From an uncultured Eubacteriales bacterium (GTDB lineage: Bacteria; Bacillota; Clostridia; UBA1381; UMGS1253), in the NCBI GenBank assembly GCA_902492065.1, contig CABUKE010000001.1:348652-412651 (forward strand): DNA of 64,000 bases. Reading direction: 5' to 3'. Below are positions 54,530 to 63,691 of this stretch, in pieces. A model generated the notes under the pieces. That model saw only the letters and a program-made list of their open reading frames with translations, was not told the origin of the DNA and did not search any database. A program made the translations under genes and the position numbers. Each line of letters begins with the position of its first letter. Position 1 is the stretch's first letter.

Positions 54530-56059
54530 ATGAAGATATACACAGCGGAGCAGATGAAAGCGGTTGACACGGAAACGATTGCTGACTACGGTATCGATGG
54601 CCTTCTTCTCATGGAGCATGCGGCCATGGCGGTGCGGGACGAGGTGCTGCGCGCGCCCGGCGGGCGTATCGGTAAGGTGCTCGTGGTGTGTGGGAAGGGG
54701 AACAATGGCGGCGATGGCTTCGCGGTCGCAAGGCTGCTGGACGGCCGCTGCGGAAGCGTATGTGCCGCTTTTTTTGATGATCCGGCACAGCTGAGGGGCG
54801 ACGCGGCGAAGAATTACGCGCTTTTATCCAGCGTGGGCGTACCGGTTATCCGCGATATGGAGGCGTTTACGGCACAGCTCGCAGAGAGCGATATCGTGGT
54901 TGACGCGCTTTACGGGTTTGGTTTCCACGGTGCGTTGGCGGGGCGCGACCGGCAGATTGCCGAACAGATTAATATGTCGGGCAAATATGTGATAGCAGTT
55001 GATATGCCAAGCGGCGTGGGCGCAGACGCGGGCGTATGTGAGTATGCGATATATGCGGACAAGACGGTGACCTTTACGGGGTACAAGCCAGCCCAGCTTC
55101 TGTTTCCAGCGGCGGCTTTTTGTGGGGAAACGGTTGTAGCGGATATCGGCATTCCGCGGCAGATAACCGGCAAAGGCGGAATCGCAGAAACAATATCACG
55201 CGGGCTTGTGCGGTCGGCATTGCCTGTGCGGGCGCGCAATGCACACAAGGGAACGTGTGGTAAGGTTCTTGTGGTCGGCGGCAGCCGGGGCATGGGCGGC
55301 GCAGTCTGTATGTCGGCGCGCGCGGCTCTGCGCAGCGGGGCGGGCCTCGTGACAGTCGGCGTACCACGCTGCCTCAACGATATCGTACAGCAAAAGATTT
55401 CGGAGGCGATGACGCTGCCGCTCCCCGAGGACGAAGCGGGACAGTTGTCCGAAGAGGCTGTACCGGAGCTGATTCAGTTTGCACAGGGCTACGACACGGT
55501 CGTGTTCGGACCGGGCATTGGACGGAGCAGCGCGATTGTAACGCTTCTGCGCGAAATTCTAAAGCTGGATAAGCGCGTCGTAATTGATGCAGACGGCCTG
55601 TATGCGCTGGCGCAGGATGTTAGTATGCTAAAAGAAAAGCGGGCCGAGGTCATTATCACGCCGCACCATGCGGAGATGGCGCGCCTGATTGGAACGACGG
55701 CGGCTGAGGTTGAACCGCGCGCAATAGAAACGGCGAAGGCGTTTGCAGAGAAGCAAAACGTCACCGTTGTGTTAAAAGGCGCATATACTGTTGTAGCAGA
55801 TGGGGCATGTTATGTAAACAACTCTGCCGGAAACGCCGGGATGGCAACGGCTGGGAGCGGCGACGTTCTCTCCGGCGTGGTGGGCGCGCTTTTGCACCGT
55901 GTTCCGGACGCTGCTCTGGCTGCGGCATGTGCCGTATACCTACATGCTCTGGCGGGCGACGCCGCGCAGCAGCGGTTTGGGATGGAGTCCATGACGGCGG
56001 GCGACCTGATTGCATCCTTGCCGGAGGCTTTTCGTATTTGTACGGAAGCGTGTGAATAA
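54530..56059 (+). CDS. nnr: Bifunctional NAD(P)H-hydrate epimerase / ADP-dependent dehydratase
   Basis: YjeF_N motif CGKGNNGGDG and a C-terminal carbohydrate-kinase domain with TAGSGDVLSGVVGALL. Confidence 0.9.
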   Translation: MKIYTAEQMKAVDTETIADYGIDGLLLMEHAAMAVRDEVLRAPGGRIGKVLVVCGKGNNGGDGFAVARLLDGRCGSVCAAFFDDPAQLRGDAAKNYALLSSVGVPVIRDMEAFTAQLAESDIVVDALYGFGFHGALAGRDRQIAEQINMSGKYVIAVDMPSGVGADAGVCEYAIYADKTVTFTGYKPAQLLFPAAAFCGETVVADIGIPRQITGKGGIAETISRGLVRSALPVRARNAHKGTCGKVLVVGGSRGMGGAVCMSARAALRSGAGLVTVGVPRCLNDIVQQKISEAMTLPLPEDEAGQLSEEAVPELIQFAQGYDTVVFGPGIGRSSAIVTLLREILKLDKRVVIDADGLYALAQDVSMLKEKRAEVIITPHHAEMARLIGTTAAEVEPRAIETAKAFAEKQNVTVVLKGAYTVVADGACYVNNSAGNAGMATAGSGDVLSGVVGALLHRVPDAALAAACAVYLHALAGDAAQQRFGMESMTAGDLIASLPEAFRICTEACE

Positions 56060-56104
56060 ACATTTTGAAAAAAGCTGATAATTTACGATAAAAGAGGGAC
56101 TATA

Positions 56105-57280
56105 ATGGATAGTTACACACAGCGTGCATGGGCGCAGGTGAGCTTGGATGCAATTGCGTCGAATATGCAAAATATCCGGCGTATGACGCGTCCGGAGGCG
56201 GCGGTGATGGCGGTCGTCAAAGCGGACGCATACGGGCATGGGTTTTTGCAGGTGGCAAAAACGCTGCTGGAAAACGGCGCCGATGCCTTTGCAGTCGCCA
56301 TGCTGGACGAGGCCAAGCAGCTCCGGAGCCGGGGTATCGACGTTCCAGTGCTGATACTGGGCAACACGAACCGCGACCTGTGTGAGGATTTGATCGACTA
56401 CGACGTGATGCCGACGGTATTTTCGTACGATATGGCAAAAGCGTTGTCCAACGTGGCGGTCAAAAAAAACAAGGACGCGAAGCTGCACATCAAGCTTGAC
56501 ACCGGCATGAGCCGGATTGGATTTTTGTGTGACGAGCGGCACGCGCCGGAAACCATCCGGGAGATTAAGCAGATTGCCGCGCTTCCGAATTTGGAAATTG
56601 ACGGGATTTTTACGCACCTTTCCTGTGCGGATGAGGACGAATATGCCTATACGAAAATGCAGTTTGACCGATTTATGGCAGTCTGCAATCAGTTGCAGCA
56701 CGACGGCGTGCAGATTGGGCGGCGGCATGTATGTAACAGCGCGGCGCTTGTCCTCTACCCGGAGATGCAGCTTGACATGGTGCGTCCGGGCGTAATTCTG
56801 TACGGGTTGCACCCGTCGCCGCTTACGGAAGGGAAAATCGAGCTGCAAAGTGCGATGAGCCTGAAAGCGCGGGTGACGCTGGTCAAGCGAATTGAGGAAG
56901 CGATTGGCATAAGCTACGGCAAGGAATATATGACCGCGCCGCCGGCGACAATCGCAACGATTCCGATTGGATATGCGGATGGATATTCGCGCCTGCTTGC
57001 GGGAAAGGCGGAAATGCTTTGGCATGGTAAGCGGCTTCCCGTTGTCGGAAGAATTTGTATGGACCAATGTATGATTGATGCAACAAATGCAGATAATATA
57101 GAAGTAGACGACATTGTTACCGTGATGGGAAGCGACGGCGGCGCCTGTATCAGCGCGGACGAGCTTGCGCATCATATGGGCACCATCAACTACGAAATTG
57201 TTTGCCTGATTGGCAAGCGAATCCCCCGTGTTTACACGTCGAACGGCAGTGTTGTGCGGGCGCTCAATAATCTGGTATAA
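56105..57280 (+). CDS. alr: Alanine racemase
   Basis: PLP lysine motif AVVKADAYGHG and GYADGY. Confidence 0.95.
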   Translation: MDSYTQRAWAQVSLDAIASNMQNIRRMTRPEAAVMAVVKADAYGHGFLQVAKTLLENGADAFAVAMLDEAKQLRSRGIDVPVLILGNTNRDLCEDLIDYDVMPTVFSYDMAKALSNVAVKKNKDAKLHIKLDTGMSRIGFLCDERHAPETIREIKQIAALPNLEIDGIFTHLSCADEDEYAYTKMQFDRFMAVCNQLQHDGVQIGRRHVCNSAALVLYPEMQLDMVRPGVILYGLHPSPLTEGKIELQSAMSLKARVTLVKRIEEAIGISYGKEYMTAPPATIATIPIGYADGYSRLLAGKAEMLWHGKRLPVVGRICMDQCMIDATNADNIEVDDIVTVMGSDGGACISADELAHHMGTINYEIVCLIGKRIPRVYTSNGSVVRALNNLV

Positions 57281-57287
57281 ACTGCTA

Positions 57288-57329
57288 TTGACGAATATGT
57301 TTTTTTAGTATATAATTTGAGTATATACT
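57288..57329 (+). promoter_or_regulatory. Consensus sigma-A promoter (TTGACG-17-TATAAT) plus palindrome AGTATATACT for mazEF
   Basis: -35 at 57288-57293 and -10 at 57311-57316. The 10-nt palindrome at 57320-57329 repeats the AGTATATA that overlaps the -10. Confidence 0.6.
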
Positions 57330-57416
57330 GAAGGAATATATTTTTGCCTTCGGCGTTTCTACCAAACCGAACAGCGAACAAACCCTTTGCTGTTTTGGAT
57401 ATTGAGGTCATCACGC

Positions 57417-57719
57417 ATGAATGGGGGTCGGGTTACGGTGCCGGAATACAAGAAAATTTTAATCGCGCTTCCTTTGGAGCTGGTCGAAGGGGTGGACGAG
57501 GTTTCGTCTGCTGAGGGGATCAGCCGGAGCGAGTTTATCAGGCGCGCGCTTGGGGAATGCTTAAAGGAGCAGGAGCGCAAAAAGCTCAGGGAAAAGCTGA
57601 AAAACGGATATATTGAGATGGGGGACATCAATTTATCACTCGCAGAACTGTATTTTGAAGCAGATAATGCTGCACAGATGTATTATGAGGAAAAATTATC
57701 GGAGTGTGAAACTGAGTGA
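57417..57719 (+). CDS. mazE: CopG/RHH antitoxin of the MazEF (EndoAI/NdoAI) type
   Basis: [34 protein letters not shown] and [10 protein letters not shown]. Position between alr and the PemK toxin matches B. subtilis. Confidence 0.8.
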   Translation: MNGGRVTVPEYKKILIALPLELVEGVDEVSSAEGISRSEFIRRALGECLKEQERKKLREKLKNGYIEMGDINLSLAELYFEADNAAQMYYEEKLSECETE

Positions 57720-58066
57720 TTGTTAAAAGAGGCGACATTTTTTATGCTGATTTAAGCCCTGTTATCGGCTCGGAGCAGGGAGGCGTCCGTCCTGTTTTGA
57801 TTGTGCAAAATGATGTTGGGAATAAATACAGCCCGACGGTCATTGCGGCTGCAATCACATCGCAGATTAATAAAGCAAAAATGCCGACGCATATTGAGAT
57901 CGGCGCGGCGGAGTACGGCCTGAACAAGGATTCTGTGATTTTGCTTGAGCAGATACGGACGATTGATAAAAGAAGGCTGAAAGAAAAAATCGGACGTCTG
58001 GACAATACACTTATGGCGCGGGTCAACAAGGCGATTTCCATAAGCTTTGGATTGGTGGACATTTGA
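57716..58066 (+). CDS. mazF: PemK/MazF-family endoribonuclease toxin (EndoA/NdoA-like)
   Basis: [41 protein letters not shown]. The GTG start overlaps the antitoxin stop. Confidence 0.92.
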   Translation: MIVKRGDIFYADLSPVIGSEQGGVRPVLIVQNDVGNKYSPTVIAAAITSQINKAKMPTHIEIGAAEYGLNKDSVILLEQIRTIDKRRLKEKIGRLDNTLMARVNKAISISFGLVDI

Positions 58067-58121
58067 TTTTTACCAGGATATAGATACGCAGGAAATTATG
58101 TATGAAACAGGGGTGCAAAAG

Positions 58122-58589
58122 ATGAAAAAGAGGATTGCGGCGCTGTGTGCCGCAGGAATTATAGCAGTTTGTGGTGTGGGCTTTGCGTTTGCAGCCGACC
58201 CGGGCAGCGACGGTGACCCGCTGATCAGCAAAAGCTATATCGATAATGTTTTACTGCCGAAAATATACTCCTACATAGACAGTGTTGTAGGCGGACTTAC
58301 CCCTCAAAATCCACAGGGGCAGAGCGCGACGTTTGAGGTTGTCAATGTCAGTGCGGGGCAGAAGGTTGTGGCCGGCGAGGGGACGGAGCTGATTCTGCGC
58401 ATGGGAAGCGGAACGGTGATTGGCTCTATGCGCGGCGGTATCGCGGATACGACCGGTGGAACCGATTTGGCCGATGGGACAGAGGTTCCGTCGAACCATT
58501 TGCTCATTGTACCGCTTGCGGACGGGCGCGGTATCAACGTCACGAGCGAGGCGATCTTTATGATAAAGGGAACATACGAAATTCAGTAA
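58122..58589 (+). CDS. Secreted protein of unknown function
   Basis: Signal peptide MKKRIAALCAAGIIAVCGVGFAFA and a Gly-rich beta-type C-terminal region. Confidence 0.5.
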   Translation: MKKRIAALCAAGIIAVCGVGFAFAADPGSDGDPLISKSYIDNVLLPKIYSYIDSVVGGLTPQNPQGQSATFEVVNVSAGQKVVAGEGTELILRMGSGTVIGSMRGGIADTTGGTDLADGTEVPSNHLLIVPLADGRGINVTSEAIFMIKGTYEIQ

Positions 58590-58616
58590 AAAAAGACGGC
58601 GCCCGCCGTCTTTTTT
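58588..58616. terminator. Bidirectional rho-independent terminator
   Basis: gacggc gccc gccgtc flanked by A7 and T6. Confidence 0.8.
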
Positions 58617-58636
58617 CTTCATAATAATATAACAGC

Positions 58637-59332
58637 TTATCGAAGGCAGCTCAGTTCCGCCATGCTGATGTAGCCGGACTTGCCGGCAATGATATGGTCG
58701 ACGACCTCAATATCTACGCTTTCAAAGATTTGGACGAGTTTGTGTGTCGATTCGATATCGCCCGGAGAGGGCGTCAGGATATCCGAAGGATGGTTGTGTG
58801 CGAAGATGACGCGCTGTGCCTTGTGACGGAACGCAGCCTCTAAAACAAGGCGCGGATAGCACGGCGTTTCGTCGAGTGTGCCCTCGCATATTTTTTCTTC
58901 GTGGATGACGCGGCAGGACTTGTCCATACAAAAGAGGTAAAACACCTCATAGATTCGGCCCATGAAAAAGTTTTTGATATATTCGCCTGCAGCCTGCGCG
59001 CTGTTGAGGATCGGGCGCTCGCGTGTCAGGTCCTTGAGATATGCGCGCGTAAGCTGCGGAATCATGGAGATGAGCGTGCTGCTGTGCTCGCTGATGCCGC
59101 GTACCTTTTGCAGTTCCTTCGGGTGTGCATCAAATACGTGCGACAGCGAGCCGAAGGTTTGGATCAGGTCGTGTGCGATTTCGTTTGTATCCTTGAGTGG
59201 AATCGTGTAAAACAGCAGCAATTCGAGAATCTGGTGGTCGTTGAAGCCGTCAAGACCCTCGGACAAAAAACGCTGCTTGAGCCTTACGCGGTGTCCGGAA
59301 TGGGAATTGTCTTTTGTGGTGTTCTGTGCCAT
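58637..59332 (-). CDS. radC: RadC-family JAB/MPN-domain protein
   Basis: GHRVRLKQRF, an HhH region and the JAMM motif AHNHPSD...PSPGD. ATG at 59332; the upstream extension is unsupported. Confidence 0.88.
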   Translation of the reverse strand: MAQNTTKDNSHSGHRVRLKQRFLSEGLDGFNDHQILELLLFYTIPLKDTNEIAHDLIQTFGSLSHVFDAHPKELQKVRGISEHSSTLISMIPQLTRAYLKDLTRERPILNSAQAAGEYIKNFFMGRIYEVFYLFCMDKSCRVIHEEKICEGTLDETPCYPRLVLEAAFRHKAQRVIFAHNHPSDILTPSPGDIESTHKLVQIFESVDIEVVDHIIAGKSGYISMAELSCLR

Positions 59333-59512
59333 GGTGCCGTTCTCCTCCGTCAATATTAATTTGGAATAAAACCCGCTGGTTCGGTTACAATTATTATATC
59401 GGTTCCGGAAGGAAAAGGCAAGGGAAGGGATGTCGTATCTTGACGAAAAAGCTGATTTTGGGAAACGATTTGTCAAAATTGCGGCCGGATAAAAAATATT
59501 TCTGGTTCCCTC

Positions 59513-59541
59513 TTGACTTGTCTATAGGATTATGGTATAGT
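59513..59541 (+). promoter_or_regulatory. Sigma-A promoter with extended -10 (TTGACT-17-TGgTATAGT) for rpmG-secE-nusG
   Basis: Hexamers at 59513-59518 and 59536-59541, with TG at 59533-59534. Confidence 0.6.
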
Positions 59542-59691
59542 AATAGTGCTTTCGTGGAAGTCTTTTTTTTTGTGCGTAATTGTTTGTTATTTTTCTCCCC
59601 TGTATATTTGAAGGGGCAGAGACTGACGGAAGCGGAAAAAGCAGGCTATACGCCGCGTGTGCGGCGCGTATGATAAACGGAGGTGTAGAAA

Positions 59692-59841
59692 GTGAGAACG
59701 AAAATTACATTGGCGTGCAGTGAGTGCAAGCAGAGAAACTACAATACGATGAAGGACAAGAAGAACACGCCGGACAGGCTTGAGCTCAACAAGTATTGCA
59801 AGTTTTGCAGAAAGCACACGCTCCATAAGGAAACGAAATAA
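59692..59841 (+). CDS. rpmG: 50S ribosomal protein L33 (unlisted, 49 aa)
   Basis: GTG start after the SD ggaggtg. Translation: [49 protein letters not shown]. Confidence 0.92.
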   Translation: MRTKITLACSECKQRNYNTMKDKKNTPDRLELNKYCKFCRKHTLHKETK

Positions 59842-59880
59842 CAGCGCAAAGGCCCTAATGATTTTAGGAGGAGATTTGGT

Positions 59881-60135
59881 ATGAGCGAAACTGCAAAGAA
59901 GGCAGGATTCTTTTCGAGAATCGCAAAGTTCTTCCGCGAAGTGAAGAGCGAGATGAAAAAGGTTGTGTGGCCGTCTTGGTCGCAGACGGTGAATAATACC
60001 GTAATCGTAATCACCGTTATTATCATTGTTGGCATTTGTCTGGCGATTGTTGATGCGATTTTTGGCGGTATTGTGCGCGGTGCAATCATTGGTGATTTCG
60101 GCAAGGCATTTTCCGAGATTTTGAAGTTCCAGTAA
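59881..60135 (+). CDS. secE: Preprotein translocase subunit SecE
   Basis: FFREVKSEMKKVVWPS followed by a single TM segment. Confidence 0.92.
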   Translation: MSETAKKAGFFSRIAKFFREVKSEMKKVVWPSWSQTVNNTVIVITVIIIVGICLAIVDAIFGGIVRGAIIGDFGKAFSEILKFQ

Positions 60136-60195
60136 TTTTAACGGCGTCTGCTGCGGCGGATGCTGTTGCAATCGCCCGCAAAGGAGCAGTGAAGT

Positions 60196-60732
60196 ATGGC
60201 TGATACAGCGAAATGGTATGTAATACATACCTATTCGGGCTATGAGAATAAAGTTAAGACGAATATTGAAAAAACGGTTGAAAACCGCGGTATGCAGGAC
60301 ATGATTCAGGAAATCCGTATCCCGATGGAGGAAGTTGTCGAGGTCAAGGAAAAGGACGACGGCACGCAGGAGCGCAAGGCGGTATCCCGCAAGGTGCTTC
60401 CGGGATATGTGATTGTTAAGATGGTCATGAACGACATGACGTGGTTTATCGTGCGGAATACGCGCGGCGTGACAAGCTTTGTCGGCCCGGGGTCAAAGCC
60501 GGTTCCTCTCACGGAGGAAGAGGTGTATGAGCTGGGGATTGAAAAGCATGTGGCAGAGGTCAACTTTGCGGTTGGCGACAGCGTAAAGGTCGCGTCCGGC
60601 CCGCTCGACGGCTTTATTGGCGTAGTGGAAGAAATCAACGAAGAGAAGCAGAAAGTTCGCATCTGTGTTTCCATGTTTGGGCAGGATACGCCGGTAGAGC
60701 TTGACTTTTATCAGGTTGAAACACTCGATTAA
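60196..60732 (+). CDS. nusG: Transcription termination/antitermination factor NusG
   Basis: WYVIHTYSGYENKV NGN domain and KOW motif GDSVKVASGPLDGFIGVVEE. Confidence 0.96.
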   Translation: MADTAKWYVIHTYSGYENKVKTNIEKTVENRGMQDMIQEIRIPMEEVVEVKEKDDGTQERKAVSRKVLPGYVIVKMVMNDMTWFIVRNTRGVTSFVGPGSKPVPLTEEEVYELGIEKHVAEVNFAVGDSVKVASGPLDGFIGVVEEINEEKQKVRICVSMFGQDTPVELDFYQVETLD

Positions 60733-60857
60733 TAGACGGCTTGCCGTTTGTTAGTATAGAGCGCAGAGGTTTTGCGCTGTGCAGGGCAGTACTGTCCTGC
60801 GTGGGAGGACGTATGTCCGCCATTACCACATTTGTTTGAATAGGAGGTGCAAGTCAC

Positions 60858-61283
60858 ATGGCTCAGAAAGTTGCAGGTTTTATCAAATTACAGATTGCGG
60901 CAGGAAAGGCAACACCTGCTCCGCCGGTTGGCCCTGCGTTGGGTCAGCATGGTGTGAACATCATGCAGTTTTGTAAGGAGTTTAATGAAAAGACGGCTAA
61001 GGATGCCGGTTTGATCATCCCGGTTGTTATCACCGTATATGCAGACCGTTCCTTCTCTTTCGTTACGAAAACTCCGCCGGCTGCTGTCCTTCTCAAGAAG
61101 GCGTGCAAGATTGAAAGCGGCTCCGGCGTACCGAACAAGACAAAGGTTGCTACGATTTCGCAGGATGCGCTGCGCCAGATTGCGGAGCAGAAAATGCCCG
61201 ACTTAAACGCTGCGAGCGTAGAAGCTGCGATGAGCATGATTGCCGGTACGGCAAGAAGCATGGGAATCGTAGTGGGAGACTGA
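60858..61283 (+). CDS. rplK: 50S ribosomal protein L11
   Basis: [35 protein letters not shown]. Confidence 0.97.
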   Translation: MAQKVAGFIKLQIAAGKATPAPPVGPALGQHGVNIMQFCKEFNEKTAKDAGLIIPVVITVYADRSFSFVTKTPPAAVLLKKACKIESGSGVPNKTKVATISQDALRQIAEQKMPDLNAASVEAAMSMIAGTARSMGIVVGD

Positions 61284-61365
61284 TTCGGCACATATGGCCG
61301 AGTGATTTCGTGGGAGAAGCGGGAAAATGCCGCTTTGTCGGACCACAGAAGGAGGAAAGGAAATC

Positions 61366-62061
61366 ATGTTTCGAGGGAAAAAATATCAGGACAGCGTAAA
61401 GCTGTTTGACAAGTCTAAATTGTATGACCCGGCGGAAGCGATGGACTTTGCGGTGAAAACAGCAAAGGCAAAGTTTGACGAAACGGTTGAGGTTCATATC
61501 AAGCTTGGCGTTGACTCCAGACATGCGGATCAGCAGGTGCGCGGTGCGGTTGTACTGCCGCACGGCACAGGTAAGGTAGCGCGTGTGCTCGTATTTGCTA
61601 AGGGCGACAAGATTGCGGAGGCAGAGGCGGCTGGCGCCGATTTCGTAGGCGGCGAGGAGCTGATTCCGAGAATTCAGAACGACGGCTGGTTCGACTATGA
61701 TGTTGTTGTTGCGACGCCGGATATGATGGGCGTTGTTGGCCGTCTTGGTAAAGTGCTCGGTCCGAAGGGCCTCATGCCGAGTCCGAAGGCGGGTACGGTT
61801 ACGCCGGACGTTACAAAGGCAATCAACGAGATTAAATCTGGTAAAATTGAGTACAGACTGGACAAGACGAATATTATCCACTGCCCGATCGGGAAGGCAT
61901 CCTTTGGCGCTGAGAAGCTGATGGAGAATTACCGCACGCTGATGGGCGCTGTTATCAAGGCGAAGCCGTCGGCTGCGAAAGGACAGTATTTGAGAAGCGT
62001 TGCCATCGCATCGACGATGGGCCCCGGCATTAAAATTAATCCGGCGCGTGCAGAAGCGTAA
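61366..62061 (+). CDS. rplA: 50S ribosomal protein L1
   Basis: ATG at 61366 after the SD aaggagg. [14 protein letters not shown] and [31 protein letters not shown]. Confidence 0.96.
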   Translation: MFRGKKYQDSVKLFDKSKLYDPAEAMDFAVKTAKAKFDETVEVHIKLGVDSRHADQQVRGAVVLPHGTGKVARVLVFAKGDKIAEAEAAGADFVGGEELIPRIQNDGWFDYDVVVATPDMMGVVGRLGKVLGPKGLMPSPKAGTVTPDVTKAINEIKSGKIEYRLDKTNIIHCPIGKASFGAEKLMENYRTLMGAVIKAKPSAAKGQYLRSVAIASTMGPGIKINPARAEA

Positions 62062-62070
62062 AATTTATGC

Positions 62071-62099
62071 TTGACATGCTTTTCAAGTTGTGGTAATAT
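62071..62099 (+). promoter_or_regulatory. Sigma-A promoter with extended -10 (TTGACA-17-TGgTAATAT) for rplJL
   Basis: Hexamers at 62071-62076 and 62094-62099, with TG at 62091-62092. Confidence 0.6.
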
Positions 62100-62104
62100 A
62101 TATA

Positions 62105-62327
62105 CGTTAAAATTTTATATCTTCCGTAGACAGCAGGTGGCGTGGTGCATGCCATAATAAGCGGATTGCTTTCCTGCCGAGGTGGGCTTTTGCAATACAG
62201 TGTAGCTGTGTTGTTGGTATTGTATATTTACAGGCTCTCTTGCGTTCTGCGGGGGAGCCTGCTTTGTTTTCTTTATCGAAAACGCAGAGAGGCAGAGTGT
62301 AATCCAAGTATGGGAGGTGAATCTACA
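62105..62327 (+). ncRNA. Ribosomal protein L10 leader (autoregulatory 5' UTR with terminator/attenuator stem)
   Basis: A roughly 220-nt structured UTR between the promoter and rplJ. The attenuator stem caggctctc/gggagcctg (62231-62261) is followed by ctttgttttcttt. Position and architecture match the Firmicute L10 leader. No covariance model was run. Confidence 0.6.
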
Positions 62328-62867
62328 ATGCCAAGCGAAAAGGTTTTAAATCAAAAAAAGCAGATTGTTGCAGAGCTGACAGAAACGCTTAGAAATGCGC
62401 AGGCTGGCGTACTGTTTGACTACCGCGGTCTGACCGTAGAGGAAGATACAAAGCTGCGTAATGACCTTCGTGCAGCTGGTGTTGACTACCATGTTGTAAA
62501 GAATACGCTGACGCGGTTTGCATCCAAAGAGGTAGGTCTTGAGGAGTTGGATTCCGTTCTGCATGGGCCGACTGCACTTGCAGTTTCGTCCACGGATGCA
62601 GTTGCTCCGGCAAAAGTGCTTGCCAAGTTTGCAAAGGACAATGATGTTGTAAGCATCAAGGCTGGCTTTGTTGACGGAAAGGTAATCGACGTAAAGGAAG
62701 TTGAGGAATTGTCGAAGCTGCCGTCGAAGGAGGAGCTCATTGCAAAGTTGATGGGCAGCCTGAATGCGCCGGTATCCGGCGTTGTCAATATCCTGCAGGG
62801 AAATATCCGTGCTATGGCTATTGCGCTTAACGCTTATGCGGAAAAGAAAGCCGCAGCGGGCGAGTAA
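62328..62867 (+). CDS. rplJ: 50S ribosomal protein L10
   Basis: ATG at 62328 after the SD gggaggtg. KKQIVAELTETLRNAQAGVLFDYRGLTVEE. Confidence 0.96.
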   Translation: MPSEKVLNQKKQIVAELTETLRNAQAGVLFDYRGLTVEEDTKLRNDLRAAGVDYHVVKNTLTRFASKEVGLEELDSVLHGPTALAVSSTDAVAPAKVLAKFAKDNDVVSIKAGFVDGKVIDVKEVEELSKLPSKEELIAKLMGSLNAPVSGVVNILQGNIRAMAIALNAYAEKKAAAGE

Positions 62868-62912
62868 TACACAATACATGAAAATTTTAATATGAATAAT
62901 GGAGGTATAACA

Positions 62913-63299
62913 ATGAGTGAGAAAGTAACAAGCGTATTGGACGCAATCAAAGAGTTGACTGTATTAGAGGTTTCGGAACTGGTTAAGGCTATGGAAGAGG
63001 AATTTGGCGTAAGTGCGGCTGCTCCGGTAGCAGTTGCTGCTGTAGCTGGCGCTGCTGGCGGGGACGCTGGTGCGGCTGCTGCTGAGAAGACCGAGTTTGA
63101 CGTTATCCTCGCTGAGGCTGGCGCTGAGAAGGTTAAGGTTATCAAGGTTGTTCGTGAGATTACAGGTCTTGGCCTGAAGGAAGCGAAAGACCTCGTTGAC
63201 GGCGCACCGAAGCCGGTTAAAGAAGGCGCTTCTAAGGAAGACGCAGATGCAATCAAGGCGAAGCTTGAAGAAGTTGGCGCTAAGGTTGAGGTTAAATAA
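62913..63299 (+). CDS. rplL: 50S ribosomal protein L7/L12
   Basis: [26 protein letters not shown], an Ala-rich hinge and [25 protein letters not shown]. Confidence 0.97.
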   Translation: MSEKVTSVLDAIKELTVLEVSELVKAMEEEFGVSAAAPVAVAAVAGAAGGDAGAAAAEKTEFDVILAEAGAEKVKVIKVVREITGLGLKEAKDLVDGAPKPVKEGASKEDADAIKAKLEEVGAKVEVK

Positions 63300-63325
63300 T
63301 AATTGTACAATTATTGTACAGACAA

Positions 63326-63355
63326 GGCGGCTGCATATTGCGGCCGCTTTTTTTT
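63326..63355 (+). terminator. Rho-independent terminator after rplL
   Basis: gcggctg...cggccgc stem followed by T8. Confidence 0.8.
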
Positions 63356-63596
63356 ATTACTTTTTCTTAAATATAAAATAATTAACATTATTAAAAAGGA
63401 AGAGATACAATAGTATTGTTTTGTCTATAACTTGGTTTATAAAAAATATAACAAAACAAAAAATATTAAAAAAATATACTGTACAAAATGTCCAATATAT
63501 AGTTGCTTTCTTGTGGAAATATTCCTTCTAACTGTGTAATATATTCTGAATTGTGTGTATAAAACAATCAGTTTTATAAAAATATAAACTTTCTTC

Positions 63597-63625
63597 TTGA
63601 AATTATAAATTTGCTTTTATATAAT
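63597..63625 (+). promoter_or_regulatory. Sigma-A promoter (TTGAAA-17-TATAAT)
   Basis: Hexamers at 63597-63602 and 63620-63625. The 19-nt palindrome TATAGGCA-ATG-TGCCTATA (63647-63665) lies between the promoter and the SD. Confidence 0.55.
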
Positions 63626-63691
63626 AATAAATAGGGAAATGGGTTTTATAGGCAATGTGCCTATAGCCTAAGAGATAAAGGGGGAGAGGAT

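Noticed and set aside
55940-57175. A 411-aa ORF antisense to alr and the 3' end of nnr.
   Set aside because: This is the same codon-aligned antisense artefact, with R/H/L-rich nonsense composition. The sense strand encodes alanine racemase with its PLP-lysine motif.
63435-63590. Two similar A/T-rich 18-nt segments about 136 nt apart, as a possible repeat element or att-like site.
   Set aside because: The sequence is so AT-rich that similarity of this length is expected by chance. The copies are imperfect, and I found no matching copy elsewhere in the window. They are noted only as part of the AT-rich tract finding.
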